DNA of 64,000 nucleotides, taken from assembly GCF_036321535.1 (NCBI RefSeq), contig NC_087437.1:22446001-22510000 (forward strand), in the 5' to 3' direction. Under the pieces are notes generated by a model that was not told where the DNA came from, ran no database searches, and saw only the letters and a list, made by a program, of their open reading frames with translations. Numbering within the stretch: position 1 is the first letter of the stretch; every line of letters begins with the position of its first letter. Shown in pieces: positions 21,391-34,743 of the stretch. Origin of the DNA: Camelus dromedarius (lineage: Eukaryota). A program made the position numbers and the translations under genes.

Positions 21391-23219
21391 TGTTTTTCTC
21401 TATTTTAACTTCTTTTTGTATTTAGTATTTCCATTTGCTTAGTTGTACAACATCCTGTACCTGTTCCGTGTTACTAATATTCTCCTTTATCTCTTTAAGG
21501 ATACTAATTCTGCCTGTTATAAATTGTCAGCTTGTCTGTTCCAATAATGTTGCTTCTTGTGGTTCGTGTCCAAATTTTGGTCTCTGTTTTATAGTGGTTG
21601 TGCTCATTGGACATCTTGTTATTTTGGCCTGTGAGCTCATATTTTCCTGGGGTCAATCCTGTCTGCCAATGTTATGAGGAAATGTTATGAGGGATACACA
21701 CTAGAGTGTCCCCTCAGTGATTTTTAGGCTATGGGAAGGGATGAGCTTCAGGGAGGAGGAAGCCCCCCAGAACCATCACATTTTTTGATCACTCCACAGA
21801 AATTGAATTGGGTTCACTCCTCTGGCAATTCCTCTGTCAGGGACTCACCTTTAAATCTTTAGAACAAAGCAACACTGGGAAGAGGCAGTCTCTCTAGGTC
21901 ATTTTCCACCAGCCAGGGGTTTTGGAGGCATAGGAGATGGAGAAGATACTCAAGGGCAAGACAACTGGTCACCCTGCACTTTCATCAGCTTCTTTACTGC
22001 CCAGATGCTACTCCTGACACCACAGTGGATGCCCTAGGCTATTGTTATTATGCGGGTGAAGATCACCCCAAAACGGTGAGGGCAGGAGGTGAGTGCAGAA
22101 GTTAAAAATCTCTCACTGATCCTCCCTCCTGGCTCCTGCTTTGGGCTGCTGTGCAGGTGTGGCCTCTCCACAACACTTCAAGACCACCTCTGGCCTCTCC
22201 AGGTGTTCTTAGAGTTTTTATTACTTGCTCAGTTCCATGTTTCCTCTCAATTATGTAGTGTCTCCAGGTTTGATTTGGGAGGAAGGAGCCAGCAGCTGAA
22301 GCTAGTTCACTATCTTGTCATCACCGAGTTTTGTATTATTTTTTTAAAGTGAAAGTTGCTGACTGAGAATGATAAATGGTATTGAACCTCCTCTATAGGG
22401 GTTTCTGAGTTTAATCTGAGTCAAATTACTGCCCACATCAGGAGTGCTGCAGAGCCTGCTCAAGGCAAAACTGGGACTATGATGCAGTCTGTGGCCTGTG
22501 CCCTTGGCCTCTCGGTGTGGGGCACTGCTTCCCTTTCTAAGGGTGAAAAATCATATATTTCAGACTCTTTGGGACCGACCTATTTTCAAATACTTTGTTC
22601 TTTTGTCCCCATCTAAGTACTGTTGTGCTTTCCACCATCTGTTCTATTTTTGGTTTGGAAAACAAAGTCATTTTACCCAAAGAGATCCCATTCCTTGTAC
22701 CTCTATACTTCAGACGCCAAATATCCTAGAATCTTGCTTTCTGGGAAATCAAACTGAAAACTCAGAAAACTGGGCAAAGTCCCAAACAGGCAATTCCTTA
22801 AAGAAGATGTACAGATGACCCCAAAACTAGTCGTAATCTCCAGAAGGGGGCCGAGCACATTTTTTGTATTTGTCACTGAACATCAACTCCCAGCAGAGAG
22901 CTTAGCATATCATAATGCTTAGTAAATATCTGTTGAATACATAATTAAATAAAAAGGGAACTCTTAGGAACTGCTTTGTATCACTGTAAGTTTGCACAAT
23001 CTTCCTTTGTGGAAATTTAGGAAAATACAATAAAATTTATAGGATGTACCTTGATCAGAACAGTTCTATTTCAAGGAATTTTCCCTAAGGAAATAATGTG
23101 ACACGTATACATAGATTTACATCAAGATGTTCACTGATTAAAATAGAAAAATATGGAAGACAACCAAAACATACATCAAAAGAAGAATACTAAATGATTT
23201 AAAAAGGATTACACTTCTG

Positions 23220-24700
23220 AAGGTTCACTGCCATGTATGATGTTTCCTATGGGTTTTGGCCAGATATCTTTCATCAGACAAAGGAAATTCTTCCCTTCTA
23301 TACTTTGCCAAGAATTTAAAAGACCAAAATGTGTTGAATCTTTCATATTCAATGCATTTTCTGTATCTACTGAGATATTTTCTTTTCATTTATTTCTGGG
23401 TAAATTATACTTACAATATTCTAACATTAGAACATACTTACATTCCCGGGACAAACCCAGCTCAGTAATAATGTATTTTGACACTGGTGAATTTGGCTTG
23501 CTGGTATTGTGTTCACAACACTTGCATCTATGTTCATAAGTGAGATTGGAATATACTTTTCATACTTATTACTGCCATTGACTGGCTTTTATTTCAGGAG
23601 TATTATAATAGCTCCATGAAATGATTTGGGGAGCATTTCTCCTTTATCTTTTTTTTTTTTTTTTGAAAGGTTTGTATAAAATAGAATGATCTGTTTCTTG
23701 AAAGTTAGATAGAACTCACCTATAAAACAATCTGGACCATGTGTTTTGGTGAAGGGATTTTTAGCAACTAATTAAATTTCTTTAATGACTATAGGTCTAT
23801 TCAGTTTTCTCCCCTTCAGACAGTTTTGATAAGTTGTATGTTTCTAAGAAATTGTCCATTTCATCTAAGTTTTTAGATTTATTTGCATCAATTGTGCATG
23901 ACATGTTCATATCTTTTTAACTCCACAGCACCTGTGGCTATGTCCTTCTTTTCTTGTCTAACATTCTTAAGTTTTGCTCTCTCTTTTTGCCTTATCAAGA
24001 TTGTCTATTTTTGGATGGACCTATTATCTTATTAAGTGAAGTAAGTCAGACAGAGAAAGACAAATACCACTTATACGTGGAATATTTTAAAAAATGACAC
24101 AAATGAACTTATTTACAAAATAGAAACAGACTTACAGACATAGAAAACAATCTTATGGTTACCAAAGTGCAGGGAAGGATACATTAGGAGTTTGGGATTG
24201 ACGTATACACACTATTAGAAAGACCTACTGTATAGCTCAGGGAACTATATTAAATATCTTACAATAAACTATAATTAAAAAAGAATTTGAAAAGGAATAT
24301 ATATGTATATACTTAACTGATTCACTATGCTGTATACCTGAAACTAACACAGCATTGTAAATCAACTATACTTCAATTTAAAAAAAAATTGTCTACTTTA
24401 TCTTTTCAAAGAAATAACTTTTGAATTTGCTGATCTCTACTGTTTTGACTTCTATTTCTTTTTTTTCTGCTTTATCTCTGTTTTTTTTCTTAATTTTATT
24501 CCTTGCATTTGTTCTGCTTGTTCCTTTTTTAACCTCTTAAACTGATACTCTAACTTATTAAATTTAAGTCCTTTGTAGTTTTTAATATAAACATTAAAGG
24601 CTATAAGTGCTCTAATTTCATGTAAACACTACATTAAATTAGCTGCAAATTTTGGTATACAGCTTTAATTATATTTCTTTTGTAAAATTAAATATAATTA
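23220..24700 (-). mobile_element. Old L1M ORF2 fragment, interrupted by a younger L1
   Basis: tagaactcacctataaaacaatctggacc...gaattgtccatttcatctaagttt is antisense L1 ORF2. Confidence 0.75.
24012..24388 (+). mobile_element. Artiodactyl-type L1 3' end, 5'-truncated, with degenerate TSD
   Basis: tggatggacct...aagtgaagtaagtcagacagagaaagacaaatacc...aatcaactatacttcaatttaaaaaaaa. Flanks are aagattgtctatttt and aaaattgtctacttt. Confidence 0.88.
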
Positions 24701-25279
24701 AACCAACAATACATAAATATGCTTAAAAATAATTAGAACATTACAGATGAGAGAATCCCCTTTGACCATCCTCCTGGTCTCTCCCTCTCTCATCCCATGT
24801 AGTCTACTTATATCTAGAAAGGTATACTCATAAAATATTATTTTTTGTATGTTTTTCAAAATGGAATTCTTTTGAAAATATACTAAAGGAAAAAAATGGT
24901 ACCACTTTGAAAATTTGCTGGTTGTAGGTTTACACATTAATTTAATAGATACTACCAAATTTCCCTCTAAATGAGTATACCTTCTTACCTTTTCATGAGC
25001 AGTTGATTAGAATATCTGTTTCTCTAAAACCTTAAAAAGACCTAACCTGGTCAACTTTTAGAATTTTTGCCAATCTCATGAGTTTATCTTATTATTATTT
25101 GATTTGTAGCACTGGTTAATAGTAAGTTTGGGCAACCTCTCATGTTTATTGACCAATTGGAATTCCTGTTCAGTGAATAGCCTATCTTTTTCTTTAATCA
25201 TTTTCTTTAGATTTTTGTTTAAAATCATTTTTTTTTAAATATTGAGTAGACAATATGGAATACTTATAACTGTGAAATA

Positions 25280-25922
25280 AAAAAGAAGTAATATAACATA
25301 TGTCTATGCATTCTCTACACAGTTAAAGAAAAAGAACATGAACTTTACATTTCAGAATTGCTCTCTGCTCCTCTGTGATACCATCTCTTCCTTTCTGCCT
25401 CTGTGGTAACCACTATCCTAAATTTTGTGTACATTATTGCCTTGCTTTTCTTTACAGTTTTGCTACAAATCTTAACATCTCTCTACAATATATTACTTGG
25501 TTGTTATGTTTCTCAAATTTATATAAATGAAATCACATTGAATATATTGCTCAATATTCTGTTTTTGAGATTCATCTGTGTTGGTTTGCTACAGGTCTGA
25601 TTCATTCATTTTCCCTCCTATATGGTATAAATAAATGGAAATGCAGCTATCTATTCTACTATTAATGAACATTTGGGTTGTTTCCAGTTCTTTGCTATTG
25701 CAAACAGTGGAGCTCTGACTATTTTTGTACCTGTTTCCTGATGCACATATGATGCATTTAACTAGAGAGTGTCTCTCAGGAGTGGAAATTGCTGGTTCAG
25801 AAGGTACACCCATCTTCCACTTTATTGGTACTGTCAAATTGCTTCTCCAAAGTCATTCAAATTTACACCCTTGCCGGCAATGTGTAAATGTTCTAGTTGC
25901 TTCACATACTTGCCCAAACTAG
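25280..25922 (-). mobile_element. Old L1ME-type 3' region (continues at ~27260-27715)
   Basis: ggtaaccactatcctaaattttgtg...gaacatttgggttgtttccagttctttgctattgcaaacagtg... Confidence 0.75.
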
Positions 25923-25923
25923 A

Positions 25924-27075
25924 CATTCATTCATTCATTCATTCATTCATTTATTCATTCACTCAACAGAAAGTTATTGAGGACTTAATTATGTGTCAGC
26001 CACTATTCTAGGTGCTGGAGATGCAGTAGTGAATAAAACTGACAAAAATCCTTATCTTTTGGAACTTAAATTCTGTAGAGGAGACACTAAACAAGAAAAA
26101 TAACTAAAATATATAGTATATTAGTGATATGAGCTAAAGGTAAAAAAATAAAGCAAGAAAGGGAGATATAAAATATCAAGTTTTTTTTCCCAAGGAGTTC
26201 ACTCTGCTGCCAGGGAGATGAGAGCTGCAGCTATTAGACAGCAGTCCCAGCTAACCCCCTCCAAATCCCCCCCTCCAAAAAGAGGGCAAGACTGATGGAG
26301 AAAATTCAGAGGGAAAGTGCCGAGGTCAGAAGTTACCTGATGTGTTGTGTGGCCAAGACAGGAAGCTAGGTAGGAAAAAGTGGGGTTATTCAATGTGTTG
26401 GCTGAACACTGCCTTTGGCCCAGGAATTTCAATTGCTTCAGGTTATTTTTGGCCTTTGGTTTCCCCTCTCGGAGGTTGAAAAAAACGTATCAAGGTAAGT
26501 GTTGAAATTTTAGATAGTGTCCAATGAAGTTATCACTGAAAAGAGACTTTCAAGTAAAGACTTTAAAAAAACAGTGAGGCAAGCCAAGTGGACATCTGGA
26601 AGAGGAACAATCCAAGTAGAGTGAGCAGCAACACAAAGGCTCTAAGGAATATCAAGGAAGCCAGTGTGGCTGGAGCGGAGAAGCAGAATGGAAGAAAAAC
26701 AGATCAGAGTGAGAATCAGGAGCTCACAAGGTGATCTAGGGATCTGTAGGACTTAGTAAGGATTTTGGCTTTTTCTAGGGACCATGGGAAGGCACTGGAA
26801 GATTCTGAAGGATAGAATGGCATGGTTCTGATTATGCTTTAGCACCATTATTCTGGCTACCATGTTGCAAATAGCCTACAGGGGCCAGTGCTGAAGTGGG
26901 AAGGCCAGATGGTTATTATAATAATCCACGATGAAGATGTCAGTGAAGCTGGACCAGAGTGGGAGTGATGGGGCTTGTGAAAGGAGAGAAAATTTTGTAT
27001 ACATTTTTAAAATAGAAGTGAAGGGATTTGCTGAAGGCCAAAGATGACACAAAGATTTCAGCCTAAACAAATGAA
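25924..27075 (-). mobile_element. L2a 3' region, split by a ~305-bp insert at 26181-26485
   Basis: (cattc)n tail, then ttattgaggacttaattatgtgtcagccactattctaggtgctggagatgcag. The consensus resumes colinearly after the insert (caaggaagccagtgtggctggagcggag). Confidence 0.85.
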
Positions 27076-27094
27076 AATCTTAATGAGGTTAATG

Positions 27095-27255
27095 TCTTCA
27101 TAAGGCAGGAAGAATTATTAGCCTTTTTTTTTTTATAAGCAAGGAAACCAAAGCCCAAAGAAGTGCAGTAACCTGCCTGAGAACATACAATTAGGTATGT
27201 GGATCTGGGATTTGAACCCAGCTAGGCTGACTGCAGAGTCTGTGCTCTTAGCCAA
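27095..27255 (-). mobile_element. MIR SINE
   Basis: aaggaaaccaaagcccaaagaagtgcagtaacctgcctgag...ctgggatttgaacccag...ctgactgcagagtctgtgctcttagcca. Confidence 0.8.
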
Positions 27256-27724
27256 TAAATTATATATTTCAGTATTTTTAACCTGTAGTTATGGTTTTAA
27301 TTTGAATTCCCTATGTGACCACTAATGTTGACCATTTTGTGATATATTGATGGCTATTAATATTTCTTCTCATATTAAATACCTAATATCTTAGTCTAGT
27401 TTTCAAATTAATGGGTAGTTTATTTTTCCTTATTGATTTGTAGGAATTTTTATATATATTCTGGATACTGATCATTTGGCAGTTATATGTCAAATTGCAA
27501 ATATTTTCTCTTGTTTGTGACTAGACTTCCTACTGTTTTTGTGATGTCTTTTGATGAACAAAACTTCTTTATTTTAGTGAAGTCAAAGTGATCAGTCTTT
27601 TCCTTTATATACTTTATGTGCTTTAGAAGTCTTTGCAAACTCTGAGATCATAAACACTGTCTTCTGAAAGTTTTATGAGTTTTACTTTACATATGTTCAT
27701 CTTTAATCTAATCTAGAATAAAAG

Positions 27725-27950
27725 GAAGAATTAGTCTATGATGTTAGAGTCAAGATAGTGGTTACTCTTTTGGGGAAGAGCAGGGAAGTGACTGAAAGAT
27801 GCATGAGAGGGGCTTCTGAGGGTCTGGTAATGTTTCTTAACTTGGGTGGTGTTTAACACAGTTGAGTTCAGTTCACAAAAATTCAGTAAGCTGTGCACTT
27901 ATACGCATTTTCCCTTCTATATTCTATACTCCAGTAAAAAAATTTAAAAG
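27725..27950 (+). mobile_element. L1MC/ME 3' end
   Basis: tagtctatgatgttagagtcaagatagtggttactc...aaaattcagtaagctgtgcacttatacg...taaaaaaatttaaaa. Confidence 0.75.
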
Positions 27951-29419
27951 TTAGATCTGAAAGTCTCTTCCTTTTAAGTCATGAGTTTAGTCCATTTGCC
28001 TACTATTAATGTATTTGATTTTATTTCTGTCTACTTTCAAATTACCCTGCTTTTCTATGCTTTGGGGATTTTGTTGTTGTTCCCATTTCCTGTCTACATT
28101 TGTATGGATTGACTTTTTTCTTCTTTATTTCTTCACCAGGTTGGAAGTTATGCATTCTATTATAACAAACATATTTTACATAAGGTGGATTACTGTTAAT
28201 ATTCCAAGAACTGAAAATCCTTTGATCTGTTTGTTCCTTATTTTAGTAATTTATTTTCCTTTCTTATTTTTGCTTCCATCTTCTACTTCTTTAATCATTT
28301 TAAATATATACATTTTATTATTCTTATCCAATTACTGATATATGAAAATCTTGGGGTCTAATTCTGTTGTTTGCTATTTCTTCTGTCTTTCATAGTGGTT
28401 TGTTTCCTTGTGGATTTTAAATTTTGAATTATGAGCTAATGTTGGTGGAGTTTTAGCAGAGGTGATATCTTTGTGACCTTGGCCTAGAAAGTGGACTCCA
28501 AAGATGCTTTGTCTTTGTTTTTGCCAGTTTTTCTAGGGATATTTCCAACCTAAGATCATGTTTTAAACTTATTTTTAAGTTTGGGTATTGTTGATATCAT
28601 AGGAAATATAAATTTAAACCATGAACTCTCATAAGGTCAAGGCTGAATTTTAAATTTCTCAGGGGATACATCTTTTCCCACCTAGAAACCAACAATATTT
28701 TCTGAGATATCGTAGATTTAGTAGCTTACATTTAAGAACTATTTATGAGACAACCCTAGCCCATAAATCAAACTTGAAAATAGTTTAAAATCATTATTTG
28801 TACTCTTAATTCTATTCCCATCTATTTCTGAATATTGGTCAACTGTTTACCTTATGCTAAAGCTAGCCACTGGAGATACAATAAGGAATAAAACATAAGT
28901 CTTGTCTTCTAGAAGTTAGTAGCCAAATAGAGGGATTTACAGCCTTGTTACATGGAAATGGCCAAACCTGGTGGGAGCACCACAAGTTCTATCTTCTATG
29001 CCCATGACAGGCATTTAATTGGTCCCAGTTTTCTTTCCCATTGATTTTGGAAACAGCCATAAACTCTATCTCTACATTGTATTTTCAATTCATCTGAGTC
29101 ATCGTATTTCATCCCTTCTTATCTTCCCTGACCTAGGAGAAAGCATCTAGTATTCCCCTCAAATGTAACCAGCTTCCAAGATCAGAAAATCCTGGGCACC
29201 AGATCTACCAAGGATTTCCCTGGGCTACTTTAACACTGCCCCGGGTAGCTACCTACACCGTGGTACAGCCTTGCCACTTCATGCCATTATAATCACTACA
29301 TTAGAAAGTTATAAGAATATAAGAAAGTGTAAATGAAAACATGCTTAGATTTCAGCAAAACACAACCCAAACGCTACCCTGAAAAACAGAGAAAGGGTAA
29401 TACAAACAAACAGAGTCTG

Positions 29420-29542
29420 GAATATGAAAAGGAATGTATACGTGTGTATGTGTGACTGAAACATTACGCTGTGCACCAGAAAGTGACACAACATTGTAAG
29501 CTGACTGTACTTCAATTAAAAAAAAAAAGTGGAAAAAACAAA
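29420..29542 (+). mobile_element. Short 5'-truncated camelid-type L1 tail with 16-bp degenerate TSD
   Basis: gactgaaacattacgctgtgcaccagaaagtgacacaacattgtaagctgactgtacttcaatt followed by poly(A). Flanks are aaacaaacagagtctg (29404-29419) and aaagaaacagattctg (29543-29558). Confidence 0.8.
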
Positions 29543-30149
29543 AAAGAAACAGATTCTGTTAAGTTTCTCGTTAGGCCCACTGCCTGCCTCTCACTATGCA
29601 CACCTCCTGATTCTCATTAGACCTGCTCCGATCTCATTTGGTCCTCAGGTCATTGCTTATTTTCCTATGGGGGCTATGTAACAGGCTCTCTTCCAGTCCC
29701 AAAATTCCATGTAGAGAAAGAGAGAACATGTCCATAATTAATGAGCTGTCGGGGAGACACAGCTTCAACACCTCCCGAATCATGTAAAAATTCCTAGTCT
29801 ACAGGTCTTAGGAATGACCAGCAAAAGGCCAGCATGTAACTTTTCTGAACGTATTTTCATATTTCTCCATAAAATTATGCTTACCTTTGCTTCCAAAGTG
29901 TGTGATTTTATAAGGTAGGAAAAATTGATTTATAAATTGAAATGAAAAATGTGGAGAGGAGTGACTTCTTTTTACCTTTTACAAAACTCAAACTTTGCAG
30001 AACTTCATATTTTTCTTAGTTTTTAGAAAAACAAATGAATAAATTAAAAAACTACACAATTAATTTTATCAAAACTCAGAGCTAACCCCAGTAATCACCC
30101 CTCCTCATAATTTGTTCCTCTTAGGAGCTGTTATATGTGCTCAACACTT

Positions 30150-30360
30150 AGTGTTGAGTCATAAAAAGAAAGTGTCAAGTTATAAAGACACAGCTTGAAT
30201 CCCAGCTCTTTGGTTGCAAGCTGTGTGAACTTGAGAACTTGAAGCCTCAACATCATTCCATGTAAAATCGGAGAACTTAATACCTACTGTGCAAGGTTGT
30301 TATTATGTAAACCTTCTGGCAAACATGAGGGGCTCAGTGAAGGGTAACAGTTATCACTAT
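30150..30360 (+). mobile_element. MIR SINE
   Basis: ttgaatcccagctc...gctgtgtgaacttgag...tgtaaaatcggag...taatacctact. Confidence 0.7.
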
Positions 30361-31504
30361 TTTTCTGTACTCCCCTCAATGTCTAGCACATAGGGATTCT
30401 CAATTATTAATTGTTGAAAGACAACAAATCATGACAACATTTTGTGGATTGTCTATACCTAAGGTAAGAAGGTAAAGAGAAAGAAACACAGTTTTGATGG
30501 TACATGTGTTTACTTTTATTTCTGTCACATAAGCTATATAAAGAGAAGAACGAGTTGAATATAGCTGTCTCTTCCATCCAAGTCAAACAATGAAATTTAA
30601 TGGTAATGTTATATTTCTTTGACATGCTGAAAGGCCATGACTTGGGGGATCCTTTCTAAATGTAGACTTTAAAGACTCAGCAAAGAAGATGGAAGACTGA
30701 GAAAGGAAGACCAGGAAAGGACTGACTGTCTCAGATAAATCAGAGGTGGATTGAAGAATGTATCTGTTATCTATAATGAAAAACACTGTACTGAGGAGAA
30801 ACAGCTAGAAAGGATGGAGAGGTTGACGATACAAGTGGGGAAGAAGATAACCCAAGTTCCTGAAGAGTCCCAAGACCCTGCTGACATAGGAGAAGAAAAG
30901 GATAGAGGCTGAACTGAGATGGGGGATCAAGGGTAATAGATTCTCCATCCAACTGATGGCCTCAGTTGTCTGAGTCAAGCTGAAGGCAAGGCAGGGGTGG
31001 GACTGGAGAATGTGCAGAGAGGAGAACTGGGTCAGCTTTAATAATCAGGAATGAATGTGTGGTAGCCATGTTGTTTCTTTATATGTATATAGTTGTTTTG
31101 AAAATGCTTGACAGTAACAAAATCAGTTTTTTCATATATTTTTGGAAACGAGCGCCTAGAATTCTATCTACACTAATCGTTTGGGTTTCCAGAGTGTCCA
31201 TCATTATGACCAATTCATAGATTTCTTGAGACTCTACATCCACACTTGACCAAGATGAACAAAGTACACTGAGTGCTATACAGATGTCAAAAGGAATTGT
31301 CAGCCCAGGCAAAATACGGGCTACCTGCTTAAAAAATGCTGGCTAAAGGAGGATGCAGTTAATTTAGGAACTAGTTTTCATATTATTAAGGCTTTTGAAA
31401 ATGGCATTTCCCTATTTTTATATTGTTTAAATTAACAGAAATCCATTACGAAAAGACCTCATCTTGAACAGGAAGGATAGAGCTCCAACAAACATCGATT
31501 ACAT

Positions 31505-31670
31505 GCGAAACAATGCTCCCACGTGGGTTAGGTGTTACTTCTCCCATTGCACAGATGAAGCCTCTGTGGCTCAGCGAAGTGACATATTTAAGATAACACA
31601 GCAAGTAAGTGACAAGTGAGGACTCTGGCTCTGCCAGCTTAGTGATGGATGCCTTCTCTAGATGCTGAAG
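31505..31670 (-). mobile_element. MIR SINE
   Basis: ctcccattgcacagatgaagcctctgtggctcagcgaagtgac. Confidence 0.7.
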
Positions 31671-34264
31671 TAGCATATGAATCTCATCCTCCAAATCTCC
31701 CCCACAATCTTCCTTTGCTCTGTGACTCTCTTGGGGAAACATTTCTTCTTTTACCCTAGGAATCAGCACTCAAATGGCATTACAGTCAACCTCAGAGTGT
31801 ATTTCTGGGCCTATAGTGAAGAACATTTTATCCCCTTAAAACTTAGATGGTGTCATTAAGTTGTTGTGGAATCTGATGTAATTCGACACATAAATAAGAG
31901 AGAATAAAATGATAAAAATCCACAGGTTTTTAAGAGAAGAAAAGTAGATGGATCTAGACACACCTACTTGGCCAGCGATGACAAAACAAAGAAGAAGACA
32001 GAATTACTGGGAAATGCTTAGGCCATAACTGTCAGGTAGATGGTGCAGGATACAAAATTACACACAGTTTCTCCTCGACTAAATTAAAACAACTAAGAAA
32101 GACTGGAAGGAAAAAATGCCAAAATACTAGCAGATATAGCGGTTGCTTTTAGGCAGCAGGATTTCGTTTTAGTCTCATTGTTCTTTTTCATATTTACTGG
32201 TATACTATAAGAATTATGTTATTTTTATAAATAGAAAAAAATAACAAAGTCAAAAAATCATCACTGAAATATTTGATGGAGGAACTACACCAAACCCGCA
32301 ACCAGAGAATCCCTGCTTGCGTGGGGCAGAGAGTGACAAAGCAGATGCCAGAAGCACCACAAGGAGCAGTCTCTCGGGTCTGCTGTCCTGTTCCAAGGAA
32401 CAGAACCGAAGGCAAATCTGACAGGATTGCTTCAATTCACCTGCCATTGCGGCGAGGACACCCAGAAATGTTTCAGAGCAGGCTGCTCCGTGTGCACAGT
32501 AATAAAAGAAAACAGCCAGTAACCTCTCAGCAATTCCAGTTGTCTTTAATGTAACTCCAAGCTAATATACTTACTTCCTGTATTTTAGCATTTATACTGG
32601 GTTTAGAGAAACAGACCTGCCAATAATTGAAGAGAACAAAGGCCCCTCTCAGCCCACACGCGCCCTACCCAGCATTGCACCCTGCCTTCTCACAGCAGCG
32701 CTCACCTCTAGTAATCAATTCCATTTCTAAGGAGACAGAGAACAATTTATTCAGCTTCTACTTGCTGAGAGGAAAATCTCCTATTCTCTAATATTAATTC
32801 TTGAAGCAGATTCAAAACCAATTTTTGTTCCTTGCCAAGGTTTGGGGCTTTGAAAGATATTAATGTAGACAGTCTTTGAAATATTAGGATTTGGCAGCCA
32901 TTGTAAGGATCTTGAACTTAGCAAGGAAGTATCTGAGCAAAGTATATGCTATCTTATGTGTTGAACTACATATCAAGCTTCCTGTGGGGTGAGGGGCTTG
33001 GGCACGCTTGGGGAACTATGGACACATACGTAGAAAAGTGTTGCATTCATTTAAAGCAGATCTACTTCATAATAGGAACCAGGGTTATTTGGGGAGAGGT
33101 TTTCTCATTTTAAAGTAGGTTTAAAATAAAGCAGGCTTTTACCTCTCTAGTTCTGAAACCTTTTCCACGCTTTTTTAGGTAACTCTGCTTGGAATCCACA
33201 AACATATACAGAACTGTGGTTTGATAGCATATTCCAGCACTTGTTTCTCTTTCACAGATTTAACATTTTCATTTTTGTTTTTGATTTTCACCATTTTTCA
33301 TAGATAGCATGAAATGTGTTCCATCATTCTTTTTTAGGTCTTAATATAAGATTAATAAACTATCATTTTCACTAAACATATTAGCCATTTTGGAGCACCG
33401 TATGATCCAATCTAAACCTAAATTTAAATCTAAACCTAATCTGATCTAAAGTGTTTGACACTTGACAAAACTTGACAACTTGTATTTTTTTTTTTTTTTT
33501 GTTAGAAATTTCAATCGGTTCAGGAGAGTAAAAATCAGGGAACATGACCACAAGGCTGAAGTAACTGGATTACGCTGTCCCCCTACCCCCCGCACTTAAT
33601 TGACTAGTTGTGTTGGTGCCACACAGTACACACTGAGTGCTACCGCATCAGAATTGGTCAGCTCTCATATAATGAAAGTAATCCTATAGATTCCCTGCTC
33701 CAGTCCACCTTCTGACTCATCTTCCTAAAACACAGTGTGTTCATGCCGTTGCTTATAAACTTTAGCTGGCTCCTTACTGTCTATCAAATAAAAGCCAAAC
33801 TGCTTAGCACGACTTTCAGGATCCAACACTCTCCGAGACTGAGCAACAGGCCCACCTCCTGATGCGTAACTCTCCTCCCCTGTGCCCTTAGCAGTGGGGA
33901 CAGCGGGTGGCAGGGGCCGTAGGTGAAACTGTTTTGTGGGAAGTGGTGGTCCAGGCAGAGGGACAGGCTTAGCAGACAGAGAGTGACATCTCATGTTAAG
34001 GGCTGAGCATGTGCATCTGGGACAAGGTGAGGGGAAGGTCACCAGGTCGGGGCTGGGCAGTGACATGACCAAAAATAAGTAGCTGTAATGAATGCTAACA
34101 CTCAGGGCATGGGTGTGGGAGGAAAAGGAAACAGACTAAAGCCAGAGAAGGACAGAAAAAACAATTTGTACTCCTTTTCCTCAGAAACCACTTTCATTGG
34201 CCAAGTTTGCAGAAACTATAGACACCCAGGGAAGGGAGAAGTGAATATTTCTCCTTTGAGCACT

Positions 34265-34490
34265 AACCCTGGATTCAGAGTCCTTGTGCTCAGCTCCCTC
34301 CTCCACCACTGCAGGCTCTGTGACCTCAATCAGGTTGCTTTACTTTTCTGTGCCTCCATTCACCCACTGGTGAAATGGAGACAAGAATAGTACCTACCCC
34401 ATAGGATTACTGGAAGGATTAAACAAATGATCTCAGGTGTCTGCACATGGTGGGCCTTCAATAAACCTTATTGATGATTATATTATTATG
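34265..34490 (+). mobile_element. MIR SINE
   Basis: ctgtgacctcaatcaggttgctttacttttctgtgcctcc...gtgaaatggagacaagaatagtacctaccccataggattactggaaggattaaac. Confidence 0.8.
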
Positions 34491-34571
34491 AGAAATTTAG
34501 ACATTTTTTTTCTTTACACTTTTAGGAAATAAGAAAGCACAGAAAGCAAAATTTGACTGCAGTCTAATGAG

Positions 34572-34686
34572 GAGAGTGACCAACTTGTCCTGGTTTGCTG
34601 GGGTCTTTTCCAGCTGTAGCACTGAAATCCTATAGCCTAGAAGCCCCTCAGTCTTCTGCAAATTAGGACCACTGGTTGGCTACCTA
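34572..34686. mobile_element. MER81-like hAT-Blackjack MITE with 8-bp TSD
   Basis: gagtgaccaacttgtcctggtttgctgggg...tagcactgaaatcc...ggttggctaccta. Flanks are ctaatgag (34564-34571) and gtaatgag (34687-34694). Confidence 0.75.
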
Positions 34687-34743
34687 GTAATGAGGGTAGG
34701 AACTCTTAACAAATAGAATGTCCAGCTGTTTAGCAGCACAGAC

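Noticed and set aside
21668..21692. Short tandem duplications (aatgttatgagg x2; also cttaaaagtg x2 at 39452-39471)
   Set aside because: Ordinary slippage events.
33408..33482. Short spaced repeats (aatctaaaccta, cttgaca) superficially array-like
   Set aside because: Low-complexity micro-duplications with no constant repeat/spacer period. This is eukaryotic DNA, so not CRISPR.
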